This document shows, piece by piece, positions 11,440-24,800 of a DNA stretch of 64,000 nt; the stretch's first letter is position 1, and every line of letters begins with the position of its first letter. The stretch comes from Camelus ferus. Taxonomy: Eukaryota. The position numbers were made by a program, and so were the translations under genes. Under the pieces are notes generated by a model that was not told where the DNA came from, searched no databases, and saw nothing but the letters and a program-made list of their open reading frames with translations. Location of the stretch: contig NC_045696.1 of the NCBI RefSeq assembly GCF_009834535.1, positions 81,532,001 through 81,596,000 on the forward strand, given 5' to 3'.

Positions 11440-11720
11440 GGGGGTAAAAAAGATTTTGATGAACAAATTGAAACAACTGGGCCAGAGAGAGAAATGCAAG
11501 AAACTGAAGAAAGTTTCCCTCAGCCTAAGGAAACTTGGATCGTCACATTAGAAAGGCTGACTGTAAGGCCTCACAGAATGAAGGGAAAAGCTCATACTTA
11601 GACACATCCTGAAGAAGTTCCAGAACTCCAGAGTATAAAGAGAAATCTTAAATCTTCCAAAGGGAAAACAAAACAAAATAGTTTACCTATCAAAAGGAAA
11701 AAAAAAAAAAAAAGAATCTT
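11440..11720 (+). mobile_element. L1/HAL1 ORF1-like remnant
   Basis: tagacacatcctgaagaagttccagaact...aaatcttaaatcttcc...gtttacctatcaaaagg resembles degraded L1 ORF1 sequence. Confidence 0.5.
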
Positions 11721-12894
11721 GAATGGGACCTACTCAGGGTATTATTAAATTTAGCAGCAGGAACATCTGGGTTTTAGTCCTAAGCTGTGTCCCTCCTTAG
11801 CCAGGCCAGTCCTTTCCTGTTCCTGGGCTTCATGTCCTTTGTAAATGAAGAGCCAAGACCAGATGATTTCTGGGGTCTCTCTCAGCTCTGACTTGCTGCC
11901 AGTTCTTCTTGCTCATCTCCAAAGCTGACCTCACCGCTGGAGCTTACCTCCCGTGAGCCCCACCGGGCCATCCCACTCCACGGCTGCAGTGTACACAGCT
12001 GATTTTTCACTGTCTTTTCCTTTAAATGAGCACGTGTGTTTACTTCCTGGACACCTGCTGATTCATCAACTCAGTCTTATTTCTTGAGAACAGGAATAGT
12101 GTTTTCAGGAATAGTACTCCATAAATAGGAGACGCACAGTAAGTGTCTGCTGGATCAGTCTATCAGCAGATGTTCGTGAGCATCTGCAGCGTGTCGTGGA
12201 TTCTGAGAAGACCAGATCTTCTACTCCAGTGTTTACCAGTGTGTAAAACAGGACTCTCGTTCCACGTGAATGTAACAGGCAGTACAGCAACAGTAATGAA
12301 GCCAAACACGGGGGGAAAGCACAGTTAAGCAAAATTAAACGTTTCCTCACACTGTGACTTTCCAGTTCTTTATTTGTGAATCTCCATGTGTTGATTTGCA
12401 AAAGTATACAGCATTTCCCAAGCATACTGCATCACAGAGCACTTTTATTTACCAACACAAAAAAGCATATGGAGTCTCTCTAGGTCTGTCTGCTGGCTTA
12501 AAAAAAAAGGCCTGTGGATAAAGAGCTTGTTGAACGGAACCAGGAGGATTTCAGCCGGCCATATGCAGGATGTGAGAAATTCTGCAAGATGAACAACCAG
12601 TTTCTTTAACAACAGAGAAGTAGCATTAACCAAAGGGGATGGGACTATTTCAGAATAAAAAGATTTAAGAGAAAAATCAACCAAATATAATATGTGGGCC
12701 TTCTTGTATCATGACTCAAATAAGTCAAGCATCAATAGACATTTCTGAGGTAAGCAAAAAACAAAACAAAAAAACCCATGAACTGGGTATTAAAAAATTT
12801 AAGCATTAAATATTTAAAACTCTAATTATTAATTTTATTGGGTATGAAAATGATATAGCTACGTTTTTATGTTTTTTTAATGCTATTATGGTAT

Positions 12895-13215
12895 ATGTTA
12901 AGAGTGTCCATCTAAATCAAAGAGATAAACTGAGGCAAACTCAAATTATTAGACATTGAGTTTATTTGGTAATAGCAGAGGAATTGCAATCTGGGACACA
13001 CCAAGCTTTAGGAGAGTGCATTGAGGGTTGGGGGCAGGCTGTATTTATGGGAAAAAAGTGAAGAGAGAGGGGAGTTCAGCCTGAGTCCCAGCAGTAAGTC
13101 CGTTGAAACTGGGGAGGGATTCTTGGAGGATGCTCATTGGTCAGGAGAAAAGTTTTGGGAAATCAGTCTTTCGGTTCTTAAGTTTTATTTTCCTGAGGGT
13201 GCATGCCTGAGATTC
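12895..13215 (-). mobile_element. LTR fragment inserted in an old L1
   Basis: TGTTA start, aaactgaggcaa...gagtttattt (antisense polyA signal) and attgg box. Flanked by L1ME-like sequence. Confidence 0.5.
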
Positions 13216-14299
13216 TCCATTTCATATCCTCTGGTACCACCTGAGGTAGAAATCTTTGTGCAGGAGACACACTGAAATATTTACAGGTAGGCATTTTAAG
13301 TGGCTGGGACTTTCTTTTAAATATACACCAGTAGTGCTTTTGTTCTTGATACGAGTTTTTCTTACTTGGTTATATTAACTTTATAAAAGATTATTGTTCT
13401 TAACACTTACGGTTTGTTTACTTTTGGTATATAACTTCTGTTTCAAAAATTTTACAAAACATTGAATTTATTGGATTCTTTATTTACAGATAATATGTAT
13501 AGATGGTTAAAAAAAATCAATTTAAATGAAAAGGGTATACAATGAAAAGTGTGTCTTCCTCCTCCCGTCCCATTTCTTCTGAGAGACAATAATTGTTACC
13601 AGCATTCATCTTGAGGTGTTTTTATACATGTATGTGCAAGCATGTCTTGGAGATAATCCCATGTCAGTATATTTAGATTTCTAACTTTTAATAGTTATAT
13701 ATATTTCATTGTATGCATTACATTAGTCACCTAGCGCTGGACATTTAGGTTGCTGACAGTTTTTGTGACTCCACATGGTGCTTGTGTGACTGTCCTTGCC
13801 TATAGGTTTTAGTACTCGTGGGTCTGAAATGCTAATAGATGTTGTCAAATTGTCCTTCAAGATGTTTGTATTAATCTAACTCCATTTCCACCCACCGGTA
13901 TGTGTCAGAGCACTCGAGTTTAACAGCATAGCTGTGCAAAAATAGTAATGCCCTCAAGAGGGAGGTATTTTCAAAATAAATGGACCTTTAATTATAAGAG
14001 TTCTTATTCAGTTACTTTAAACAAGGAAGAAATGTCTTGTTTGTAACATTAGTACTGCAAAAAGTCAACTGAAGTACTTCCAAAATAAAAGGTTTTCCCT
14101 TCTAAATGGCGTGATAAATAAATATAAATTTAGGAAAAATAAAATCATCACGAAAACTTTTGAACTGTCCTTATTTAACAAGACTAGTGAGATTAAACTC
14201 AAATTTTTTAAAGGATAGATTTGGATGCCCTTTCTCTCTGCCCTTACCCTTGCTGTTGGGTAGATCCTGCTGTTGTTTGCTTAAAAAAAATGCATATGA

Positions 14300-14760
14300 A
14301 CTTCATGGGGCAGGCTAATTATAGGATTGCAGCTTGTATTAGGTGATTTGGGGAGGGTTTAAAGCAGCAGCAGTTTGCTCAGATTTGGGTGCCATCAGGA
14401 CATGGGAGTGATTCTGTGATTGGGTTTTGTTTTTTTTTTTTTAACGAATCTTACCTAGGAGGTGGGAAGAATTAATTAGGGCTAAAGTTGTAAAAGCAAC
14501 AATTCCTTATATTAGCCAGACAGTGGGAATATTTGATCATTTTTGTGGTTTGGACAGTTCTTGTTTTTGTGTTAGCTCAGACATAATTACTAAAACTGCC
14601 TTATTTTTGTCTTGCTCTCTCATGATCACAGAGTGACTTTGTCTGATGTTAACATTTTGTGAAATTTTTTATGTTTAATGTTTTATGTTTATGTTTTATG
14701 TTTAACAGAATATCTTGGTCTGCCTGTGAGGACCAAGCCAGCCCCTGACTGCTTTGATCT
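14300..14760. mobile_element. ERV1 (MER-group) LTR-like fragment
   Basis: tttttgtggtttggaca...catgatcacagagtgactttgtctgatgtt resembles eutherian MER-group LTR elements. Confidence 0.5.
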
Positions 14761-14859
14761 TTTTCAAGAGGTAAGACTCATGAAGTTGCAGAGGACAGAA
14801 AACTCAAACCAAATTGACTTAAGCAAAAAGGTAAATCCAGGGCTATGTTCTGTTTATAT

Positions 14860-14862
<3 letters not shown>

Positions 14863-14924
<62 letters not shown>
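14863..14924. repeat. Perfect (AC)~31 microsatellite
   Basis: Directly visible. Confidence 0.97.
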
Positions 14925-14930
<6 letters not shown>

Positions 14931-15939
14931 ATATATGTAAAATGTTTTTATAGACAAAGTAATTGAGGCTCAGAGTGATTAAGTAGCTGAGCTGGAGTCT
15001 GAACCATTTACTCAGTCTGATTCCACAGCGTCTGTTAATTCCATTACTTCAAGACAATGAAGAATGAATGAGCAGAAGGAAGTGGAGCTGCGACATGTCC
15101 TGACTGGATGGGGAGGGGAAAAGGGAGGGAAGAGATTGGATGGTTAGGGTGGGGTGAGAGCAGGAAGAAAACGAGATGGAGATGTGTTTTTTAGGGCAGG
15201 AGAGTGAAATGATGAAGGCCAGGTTTTAGGAAATTTAGTCTGAAATTAACATGCAGAACATATTAGTTGGGAGAGAATGAAGGCTAGGAAATTAGCAAAA
15301 AAAAAAAAAAAAAAAAAAATCAGCTAAGAGACTGTAATAGTTACCCAGGCAGAAGGAATTGAGGGTTTGGTTTGAGAGTAAGGAGTGGGTGGATCCAAGA
15401 GATCCTGATTTCATTTATTTAGTCCAAATCTAAGGAAAAGAGCAGATCTTGCAAAAACTATGACTAAGTACTTTAGGGTCCTGCTTAGTTTCAAAAAACG
15501 AAAAGGCACAGAAAAGCACGTGTGTGTGTCTATGATCTACACGCACTTTATAGTTTTACTAACACTCGTGGAAATGGTCCTCGCTCCACGAAGGGCTGTA
15601 ATTGGAAGTTTTTTCCATTAGATGGAGCTACATCTTTGTTACAGGAGAATTTTATGACTTATGACAGGAATGTTTTATAGATGATGAACGTTAATGCGGA
15701 ACAGGAAAGAACTGAAAATTAAAATAGTTTTAGAGTAGCCATGTTATTTCTAAGTTTTGAAATACCTTGAGTTGTTTACATGGGTGCCTTTGCATGAGTC
15801 TTATATTTTACACATTCTGTTGATATAAAGCTTATGTAATAAAACTTTGTTTCTTGTGACTCCTTTCAAAAGGCCCAAACCAAACTCTACCCCTAAAAGA
15901 GTAGCTGTTAATAGTGTTTCAATTAGGATATTTCTTGGT

Positions 15940-16425
15940 GCAGGTCCACAATCACTTGTTTGCAATTCTGAAATCCAAAAAGCCAGATTTTGCAAATAAA
16001 AAGCCAGGAAACTCAGTTAAATTTGAATTCTAGGTAAACACTGAATAACTCTTCCAGCACAAGTATGTTCCATGCAGTATTTGGGAAATATACTAAAAAA
16101 TTATTTGTTGTTTATCTGAAACTCAAATTCATTTGGACATTGTGTATTTTAAATTGTAACCCGTTTGGAAAACCATAGATTTTTGATTAGAAAATGTAAC
16201 CTAGGTTGACGCAAGACCATGTACACATTTTACCTCACTTAGTGCAAACATAGATCACTGCAGAGAAACAGATGTATTTAACTATGGATATTACCCCAAC
16301 TGCCCTGGGGGTGTTAACATAATATATGATGTTTGTACCATGTTATTGTTTCAAAATCAGAAAAAGTACTGAATTTTAAACTACAGTTGTCTCCAAGGCT
16401 TTTAGAGAAGAGATTATGAAGCAGT
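15940..16425. mobile_element. Tigger-type DNA element interrupted by a MER53-like palindromic hAT element (~15983-16163)
   Basis: Starts caggtccacaatcac...ctgaaatccaaaa. The inner segment has the self-complementary layout cagttaaatttgaatt...tatctgaaactcaaattc. Confidence 0.5.
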
Positions 16426-18191
16426 GATAAGTTTTTGTTTAGTAAGCAAGAAAAGTACACAAAAGGTTATTTCTGAAGATACTGTAAGAAATTTTTTAAA
16501 AAACCAAAATTGGTTCAACACAGGTAATGTGACTGAAAATAAACCTAACTTCTTTTGAAAAGAGTGTCTTGATTCTCTGCTGCTTCCGGAAAGTCAGAAA
16601 AGTAACATAGAGGACAGGGCACCTACAGTTCAAACCGAAAGAACCACGGAGAAACCATTTTGTCGTCCCCAGCCCAAGCAAGAGGGCCTCGGACTCCGAA
16701 GGAGAGACGCCGTCTTCCCTTCCCTTTACACGGAACAGGCCCTGTGGAGGGAGTCTGCCTAACTTCGCTGACATTACCTTCCAGAATGTTGTCGCTCTGC
16801 TACTTAGGAAATGCTTTCTAATTTGTCTTAAATCTGTCTGCTTTCAGCAGATACTTAATAGAGTCAATGTTATTTATTTTTTAAATAGAGTCAGTGTTAA
16901 TGACCATTAAAGAACTGCTCAACATTTTCACAAATATGCCTTTACCTCTTTGAATAGCTATTGATTTTCTTCTCAGTTTCTATTTCCAGCTTAAATAACC
17001 TCAATTTCCTTCAAAATTTTTTCCACTGTAGCCATTTTAACAAACTTTGTTATTATTATAAAACAACTAGCCTCAATCATGTATGCACTGGTGTATTAAG
17101 GCATAATATACAGGAGGATTGCATTTCTGTAGGCATTTTTTAACATATGTACACATCCCCGAGTGATACTCCAGAGCAGCCTCAGTGTTTATAATGTGTC
17201 TACTAGGTCTTTTCCAGCTAGGTCTTTTTATGCTGCCTCAATTTCTTCTAATCACTTTGAAAATAAATTTTTGCCAAATAAACCCACTAATGTTCTCTTT
17301 TTCATATATATATTTTGCCTCTATCTTCCAGCTTCCTAAGCTCAACTTAAAATCTTATTACATACCCTCATGTTGTCACAAGTTAGTTGTGGTCTGTGTC
17401 ACTCATTAAGAAATAATACTAGTCCTTTAGTTGTGTATTTATAACATGAATCGTATCCAAAGGGAAACAGGTCTTATTTAGGACCATTGTACAAAGTGGT
17501 CTGCTCACAATGAATGTCAAAATATGTACAGAAATATATATGATATAGGTACATTCAAGATACTTCTGATTACACTATATGAAAAATTTTGCATCCCTAT
17601 TCTTTCAGTTAACATTACAAGATAATCACTCCCCACAAACAATTTTTATTGGATACCTCGTATAGATTTACCATTGTTTGCTTACATCATTTGTCTATTA
17701 TTGGACATTTTGGTTATTTTAAATTAATCTACTACTATTAGCAGTGTGGCAGTGAACATAAGGTTTTGTTTTTAAGCATTTGGGATTTTTTAGGATGGAT
17801 TTCCAGCAGTTGAATTGTTACGTAAAAGAATGAGAGGTAATTTTAGGCTCTTGATACGTACTGCCGCATTTCTTTCCAAAAGGATTTTATCAGATTAAAT
17901 TTTAACCAGCAGCATGTGGAAGTGGGTACTAAGGATCTCAAATGCAATGGTCAGCTACCTAAGTAGGACGAGCCCTTTCTTACCACTTTTTGATATGACC
18001 CCACTCAATACTTTTTTAAAGATGACTAAAAGCATTACCTGGAAATGACTAAATTCAGCCTTGGAATGAATGATACGCAGTTTACTAAACCTAATGTTGA
18101 TACGTGGGTTTTAGTCAACGTAGAGTTAGAAGTACAGAGAGTTTCTGATGTGAATTCTAACCCCTCTTCACTGAAGAATAGTGAGGCCAAA

Positions 18192-18330
18192 GAGAGGAGT
18201 GTGTAGCTCAGTGGCAGAGCGCATGCCTGAAATGCAGGAAGGAGGTCCTGGGTTCAACCCCCAGTGCCTCCATTAAAAATAAATAAACCTAATTACCTCC
18301 TCATCCAACAAAATTAAGCAAATTTTAAAA
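18192..18330 (+). mobile_element. Camelid tRNA-derived SINE (vic-1 type), diverged
   Basis: A-box gtagctcagtgg, B-box gggttcaaccc, tail aataaataaacctaattacctcc, imperfect TSD aatagtgaggc/aatagtaagac. Confidence 0.85.
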
Positions 18331-18477
18331 AATAGTAAGACTGATGAGGCTAATCCATCACAGATGATGAACTACATGAGGGCACATGGACAGCCTTAGC
18401 ACCCTTCTTTGGAGGCAGAGAAATTGAGGGAGGACAACCCGCCACCTCTCCCTTATTAAATTAGCACTGAGGTTCCA

Positions 18478-18873
18478 CGTGGTACCCATCAGGCCTGTTC
18501 CCAAACATTCCACTTCTTCTTCTGGACACATGATGAGATTGCACATTCCCAGCTCCCTTTGAGGTTAACTGTGGCCACGACTTACTTGAGCCAATGAAAT
18601 GTGAGAGGAGAGTCACAGGTACCACTTCTGTGCGGCAGCTTTAAGAGTCAATGTATGTTTTGCCACTTGCCCCTTTCGTGCCTTGGTGACTGTGGAAGCT
18701 CATGTTGAAATGGTCTCTCCGTCAGCCTGGGGCCCTGATAGCTCAGTGAGCAGAGCATCTTTGCCATTCTGTGATGGATATGTAAGTGTGACTGGGAAAT
18801 AAACACTATTTAAGCCACTGAGACTTTCAAAGTTTGTTTCTGCAGCAAAATCAAACCCACTCTGACTGATACA
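18478..18873 (+). mobile_element. MaLR LTR (MLT1-type)
   Basis: gccaatgaaatgtgag, gaaataaac...ttaagccactgaga, ends ctgactgataca. Confidence 0.75.
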
Positions 18874-21800
18874 CCCCTTCAACCCAGCTCCGTGTTGGAA
18901 GGCGGCTGTTCCCCCAACTGCACAGGGTCCAAGCCTGTGGGGAGTCTCACTCCTGCGGACAGCTTCCCGGCAGCTTCCACAGCCAAGTCCTGTGTAGCCT
19001 TTTTCTTCTCCGAAGTGTGTAAGCCGTCCTTTCTCGTCACCACATCATACCTAGCTTTTGCTTTGTCAGTGTGCTTCCTCTGTTCAAAGGAAGAAAAAGG
19101 AAGCTCTTTTTGGTTATATGCGAGGCTGCAGAACACGCTGGGGAGTGTGGTGCAGGGGAAGGCACTGTAACTCATTTTTACTAGTATTATCGGGAACTGG
19201 GTCTGATCCTCTCTTTCCCTTACCCAGGTTCATTCATCCTTATCCATCTATCTCCTGTGGTTGCTCACATCTCAGGCAAGTCATGGTTCCCTGACTTTAT
19301 AAGGACTGATGATAACGGTGCAGATTCTTTTAGTCTCTATTTTACAGTTCTCAAGTCCAGATTTTAAAGTGTAGAATCTTCAACAACACTATTTCTACTT
19401 CTGTTGCCCCACCACACAATTCATTTACTACTGTGTGCATCTTTATAAAACTTGGAGGTTAAGAATGTGTGCTTTAATGTATAAAAGCTTGATGCGGGAA
19501 ATGATTTCTTCTTTTTATGTGATTGATAGGTAGGGTGTATAGGCTGTCCAAGCGTTGTTTTTCTTTAAGGGAGACAACCTCAAAGTTGGACTTGACCTTG
19601 AGATGCTTTCCTTCATTATTAGAACAAAGAGACAAACAAACAAAAATATAATTTTGTAGTTACTTCTTGTCTTGCATCTTAAAAGCCATTACTGTATCTG
19701 GAGCTGCATGGACTTTGATGTTTGGGTATTTTATACTCATTGATGTGAGGATTATGGAGACAACTTATGATTATACAAAGAAATAGGCATCGTATAGTAG
19801 TTTAGAATGATGCTCTAGAGGGAGAACTTGGGTTTGGACCCTGGACTTTCCTCTGTGTAAACTGAGTGAGCTGAAACGTATCACGAAGCCTTGTTGTGAG
19901 CATTTAATATGAATGTAGCAGGAGAAAATAAAACTGTTATTCATAATCACCCTTCACTTTATAAAGAAGACTCTTAGCTTGCTGACAACTGAGTATATAA
20001 GTATACAGGTTGGGGGTGAGAGACTGGAGGAAGGAAAGGAAGCTGATGGGGTTGGGGGCTCTCTGAAGGGTGACAAGGAAGACCCCCGCTGGCAGCAGAG
20101 CTGGAGAGAAGGAGAGAAGAGTCAGCACTGATTTGGATGTTTGCGGCAGTTCTCTGAGAACGTATAATGTAAGACCTCTTTTCAGTTTCCCATTTGAAAT
20201 CTGTAGTAAAGTCTATTTTTTCAAAATAGTCATTCCTCAGCGTGCTAGGAATGACTGTCTTTCTTGTGTAAAATGGGGCAAGGGCCTAAGTGCCTACTGG
20301 TGATGGGTGAAGAGAGAGTCAGCCTGTGAGGATGAGTGACAGCCCGTATCTTCATTATAAAGAAAAATACTGCACTGCCTGGCAGGTCCAGGAGTCTAAC
20401 GGGAGCTGTGCACCCATTGTCTGAGCCAGAAGAAGGTGTTCTGTCATGGGAACAATAGTGGACATTTATGACATTTGAACAGAGTCATATCTGCAAAGAT
20501 CTGTGATACAGCAGTGAAGGGCTGCAGTAGCTGGCGACTAGCAACACAATTAAAGAAGACATTGTTTCTGAAAGCCTGCAACTTGAACAATTGGAGACAG
20601 AAAGACTAAGAATTCAAGCACAATGTAAAGAAATGAAATGTCTGAATGAGGAATGAGAATGGCATATGATACGGTCCAGTGAGGGCACAGAGCTGTAGCC
20701 CTGAATGATGCTGAGCTGGGCTTTGAGAAAACAGGAGTCTTGACGGGAGCATGGCTTCTCTAGTAATTTCTCTAATCATTTCTGATTCACAGTTTCTTCT
20801 GTATCCTAAAGAGAACAGTTTGGGGATAATGCAGTTTTATTTGTATACTATCTGTATGGTATTGTTTTTGTTTTGCTTTTTGACTTTGTTTAAATATCTG
20901 TTAACTTTATCTCAAATCATTTTTTAGAGTGGAATTGGTTCTTCTTAATTAAACTTTTTAATAAAGTTCTTAGACAAGACCCTTAGGTTCCTAGCCTCGA
21001 TGGATACAAGGTTATATCTATGGCTATGTTTTTGAATCCCAGAATGTAGAACAGGTCAGTAGCCATCCTTATGAAACTCTCTCAACAAAATTCCTTTCTT
21101 CACCAGTGTGCCATGACTTGTGAACTGCACTGTGTCTGTTTGGCAACCTAGGATTTTTTTTTTCCCTATATCTCTCCCCCAAGTTATGAAAGTGATAAAC
21201 ACTAAAAAACGATATAAAATAGGAAAGCATAAAGAAGAAAGTGAAAATCATGCTTAGTCCCATCATGCAGAAGTAAACATTTTGTTTCCTACAATGTTAC
21301 ATTTGAGTTTTGGAAACAAAGTTGATGAGCTGTATAAAGAATAGCCCTGGAAATCAAAGATTTGCCCTTGGCCAAGATTGAGGTATGTATGTCCTATAAA
21401 AATTCCTAAAATTCCCAGGAGAAATCTTCAGGGTTTTTTTGTTTGTTTGTTTGTTTGTTTTTAATTATTTCTTAAGTACCCTAGGATTTAAGAATTTGGA
21501 ACTGCAGAAATGAATGTTTGATTTATTAAAATAATTGTTATCTAACTACCTCTTGCTGAATTTCCTTAACTACCAAACTAGGAAAGTATTCATTGCTCCA
21601 GGTGTTCTATCACAGCTGCTACGTGTGTGCAGAGACAGGGAGAAGTGTCCGCTTTCTCCCTTACTCTCATGAGAAGAAAGAACTCTTTTCTCTTTAACTA
21701 TTGTATAATTTTATTGTCAGGGCACAGTTTATTATGGTGTTCCTTAACCTCTTTACATGTTGTCTTCATTCTGTGTGTTGCTTTCCTGATTTTACTCTGA

Positions 21801-24800
21801 GAAATAAGATGGAAGTGAGTGAAGAATATAAATTTAAATAACTACAACTTGATGTATTGACCCATCTCACCCTGTAGTCACTTAAAAATTATTAGATTCT
21901 GTGGACAAAGTCACAAAGCACTAAGCCTACGAGGAATCTGCATACATGTCTGCTTTAGGGTGTTTGTGGTAGTGCTTTGGTAAGACAGAGCCCTTGCCTG
22001 GAAAGATAAAGTTCAGTGAGAGCAATGTTTTCTGGATGCGTTTAACCCCCTCTAGTAGAGAGGAAGAAGCGTAGAGAAAATTCCCCAAATATTTTGATCA
22101 GCCTACAGAGTTTATCTAATTAGGTGATTTTGTCTAAGCTCATTAGATGTGCTAATTAATTTTCACTTAGTTAAGCAAGAGAAAGCTGGTCACCATTTAA
22201 AAAAAAAAAAAAACTCATTCCCTACACATTTACAAACTAGATCATCTTTATGGAGATGTTTAGGACTGAACTGAAATGTTATTAGCATATTTCATTTCTT
22301 AGTTGAACCGAACAAGACAGAATCCTGATGCAGAAAACATATCACTTTACCTGGAGCGAAACTAAAAGAGAAAAATCTATCTTTGACCAGATTTCTCCTC
22401 AAACCACTATTTTAGGATCACATAATGTTTTCTAAGAACAGTCATCCACCGATGAGGAAAAACTGTCAGTGATTTTGAAACCACCCTTGCTACTGCTGCG
22501 TTTGAGAAGAATGGGTCTTACAGAGGCCTCTTCAGCTGGCATTTTTCACGTGCAGACGGACATCTGTTCGGCCTGGGCGCCGTGCAGCTCAGAATGCATT
22601 TATTCTCCCCGCATTCTTAAGGGGCTCTGTGCACTTGCTGGATGCCAAAGATAACAACTAGATCAGCAATTTCTCATAAATCATTGGAACACGGAACATG
22701 AAACAAGGAGAAGAAATCAGGAATTCAATAATAAATACGGCAAGGTGCACAAACAGGAGAATTGAAACCAGATGAAAAGGAGCCTTTCAGTACAGAAGGT
22801 CAAGAAATGCGTTTCCCGCTCCCCCAAGCCTTAGAGGAATCCCTGTGATTGTGCATCCCGTCCAGCCATCAGCTTACTGCTCCGAGCTGGTTTTGGAATA
22901 TTTATGTGGTGGATTTAAAGCTTTAACATACAACTGAAAAATTAGTGTAGTTTATTTTAGTTTGCTCAAGACCCCAGGCTATTGTGCAATGAAGAGGAAA
23001 ATAGTGTTTACTGTGCTTTAAGGAGTACTGTGCCCACATGCCTTGAAATAAATTCTAGATATGTGTCTATAAATACAGCTCAATCTACACAATAGGGTTT
23101 TTAAACTTGAAGTTACATATGTGATAATGAAATAATGTGACTAGTTCTGTTTTAACAAAATGTCAGAATTTCTCAGGAGCCATTTTAGGAAAATATACTT
23201 ATCTTAGCATTGTTGACATTACTAAATATGTTATGGGACTATCTCCCTGAGTCTTGAAAAGCTGCCGTCTGTTTTTAAAAATAGCTTCCGCGGTGACAGA
23301 TCATCATCCTTTGTCAGTGGGTTTGAACTTCTGGAAACATAGCCATTAGGTGACAAGTATGGTAAATGACATAGGTGAAATGATTTGTTGAAAACAATGT
23401 AGAATGATAAAGTAATAATAAAAGTGGTTTGAAGGCATTTGCAAAGAAAAGTTACAAAGTATGAGAAATTTCTCCCCATACAATTATTCAATATGTAAGG
23501 TGAACATTAGAATTTTGGGTACTTTGTTTTATAAGAAGGAGCCTCATTTTACTCTTTTATTTTGGATATTTTTATTTAATTTGAAGTGCACGATGAGAGC
23601 ATGCTTGTAAATGGCATCGTAAGCAATCATTATAGACTAAAGAAATTGTCTATTATGTGCAAAAACAAATCACTTTGTAAGTTCAGGTTTATAAACACTT
23701 TTATGTTTTGTTTTTTTTAATCTGAATGCTTTCATGGCATAATTTGTGATTAAATTACCTTTAAGATACTGAGTTGATGCTTTTTGGTCCCCATGAAATT
23801 TATTTGTCTACCCTTGATTTCCGTTCCCCATGTCAGCCTTGTCAGACCTGAACCCTTGCACCACAGCAGACCGGCCTTGGACCCACCTCCCTCAGTGCCT
23901 CCCTTAGCTGCTTCCAGACAATGAGTTCCTTTATGCAGAGATAAATTTTCTCCCCTATGGTTACCATTAAAAAACAGCCTAATTCTGTTTTGTCTCCTAG
24001 GTTTCTTGATACATAGGCAGGCACTGTCACACGTGGCTAAGCGTGTGGGTATAGCCAGGACACTTGGGACCAGTCACCAGCCTTCCACTTGCCAAACAAG
24101 CCATCTCCTCCAAGTTGCTTAACTGCTCTGTACCTCAGTTTTTTCATGGGCAAATCTGAAAAAAATCACAGCACCTAATTTATGGTATCGTAAGGTTTAA
24201 ATGAGTTAACATATTTTAAATGCCACAGAGAGCATCCGGTACATAGTGAGTCTCAGTAAGCATCTGCTATTATCATTACATTAAAATAAACAAACATACA
24301 GAGTGAGCCTTTTTGCTGTTATTATTTTTAATAATTTCAAAGTTATGGAGAACATTTTCTCATGCCTGTAAATATGTTTATAGCTGATAAGATTTAGCTT
24401 ATGGATGTACCATACTTTACTGCATTAATCCCTTATCTTTGATATTTAGGTAGTTTGCATTTTTTGCTGTTTTAAATAATGTGATAACTTTGTTCATCCT
24501 TGTTTTCCTAAAATAATAGGAGTTTGTTAATAGTTCCATAGGGTGTGTGCATTTTTAATGTTTTTGATTTTTTTTTCCCCTAAATTGGCCACTAGGAATA
24601 TATGAACTTGTATTGCCCTCTGTAGAGGCTGCATTGATTTCTCTAGCTCGCTGGGCACGTGTCAGTCTGTGCATCCAGCATAATCCCTCTTCTAATGCTT
24701 TAGTCTATGAGTCACTTCTGCCCACTTACCAGACTCCACACATAGGAAAACAGCTTTTACTGGTCCAGCCATCCAGATCATCATCAGTGATTGATACATT

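Noticed and set aside
12146..12190. Two overlapping short hairpins (TCTGCTG/CAGCAGA and GCAGATG/CATCTGC)
   Set aside because: Stems of 7-9 bp are expected by chance in 64 kb, are too short for a pre-miRNA, and have no snoRNA boxes.
18879..19175. Minus-strand ORF with DKAKARY, faintly like an HMG-box motif
   Set aside because: Similarity is limited to a few residues, with no other HMG-box features, polyA tail or TSD.
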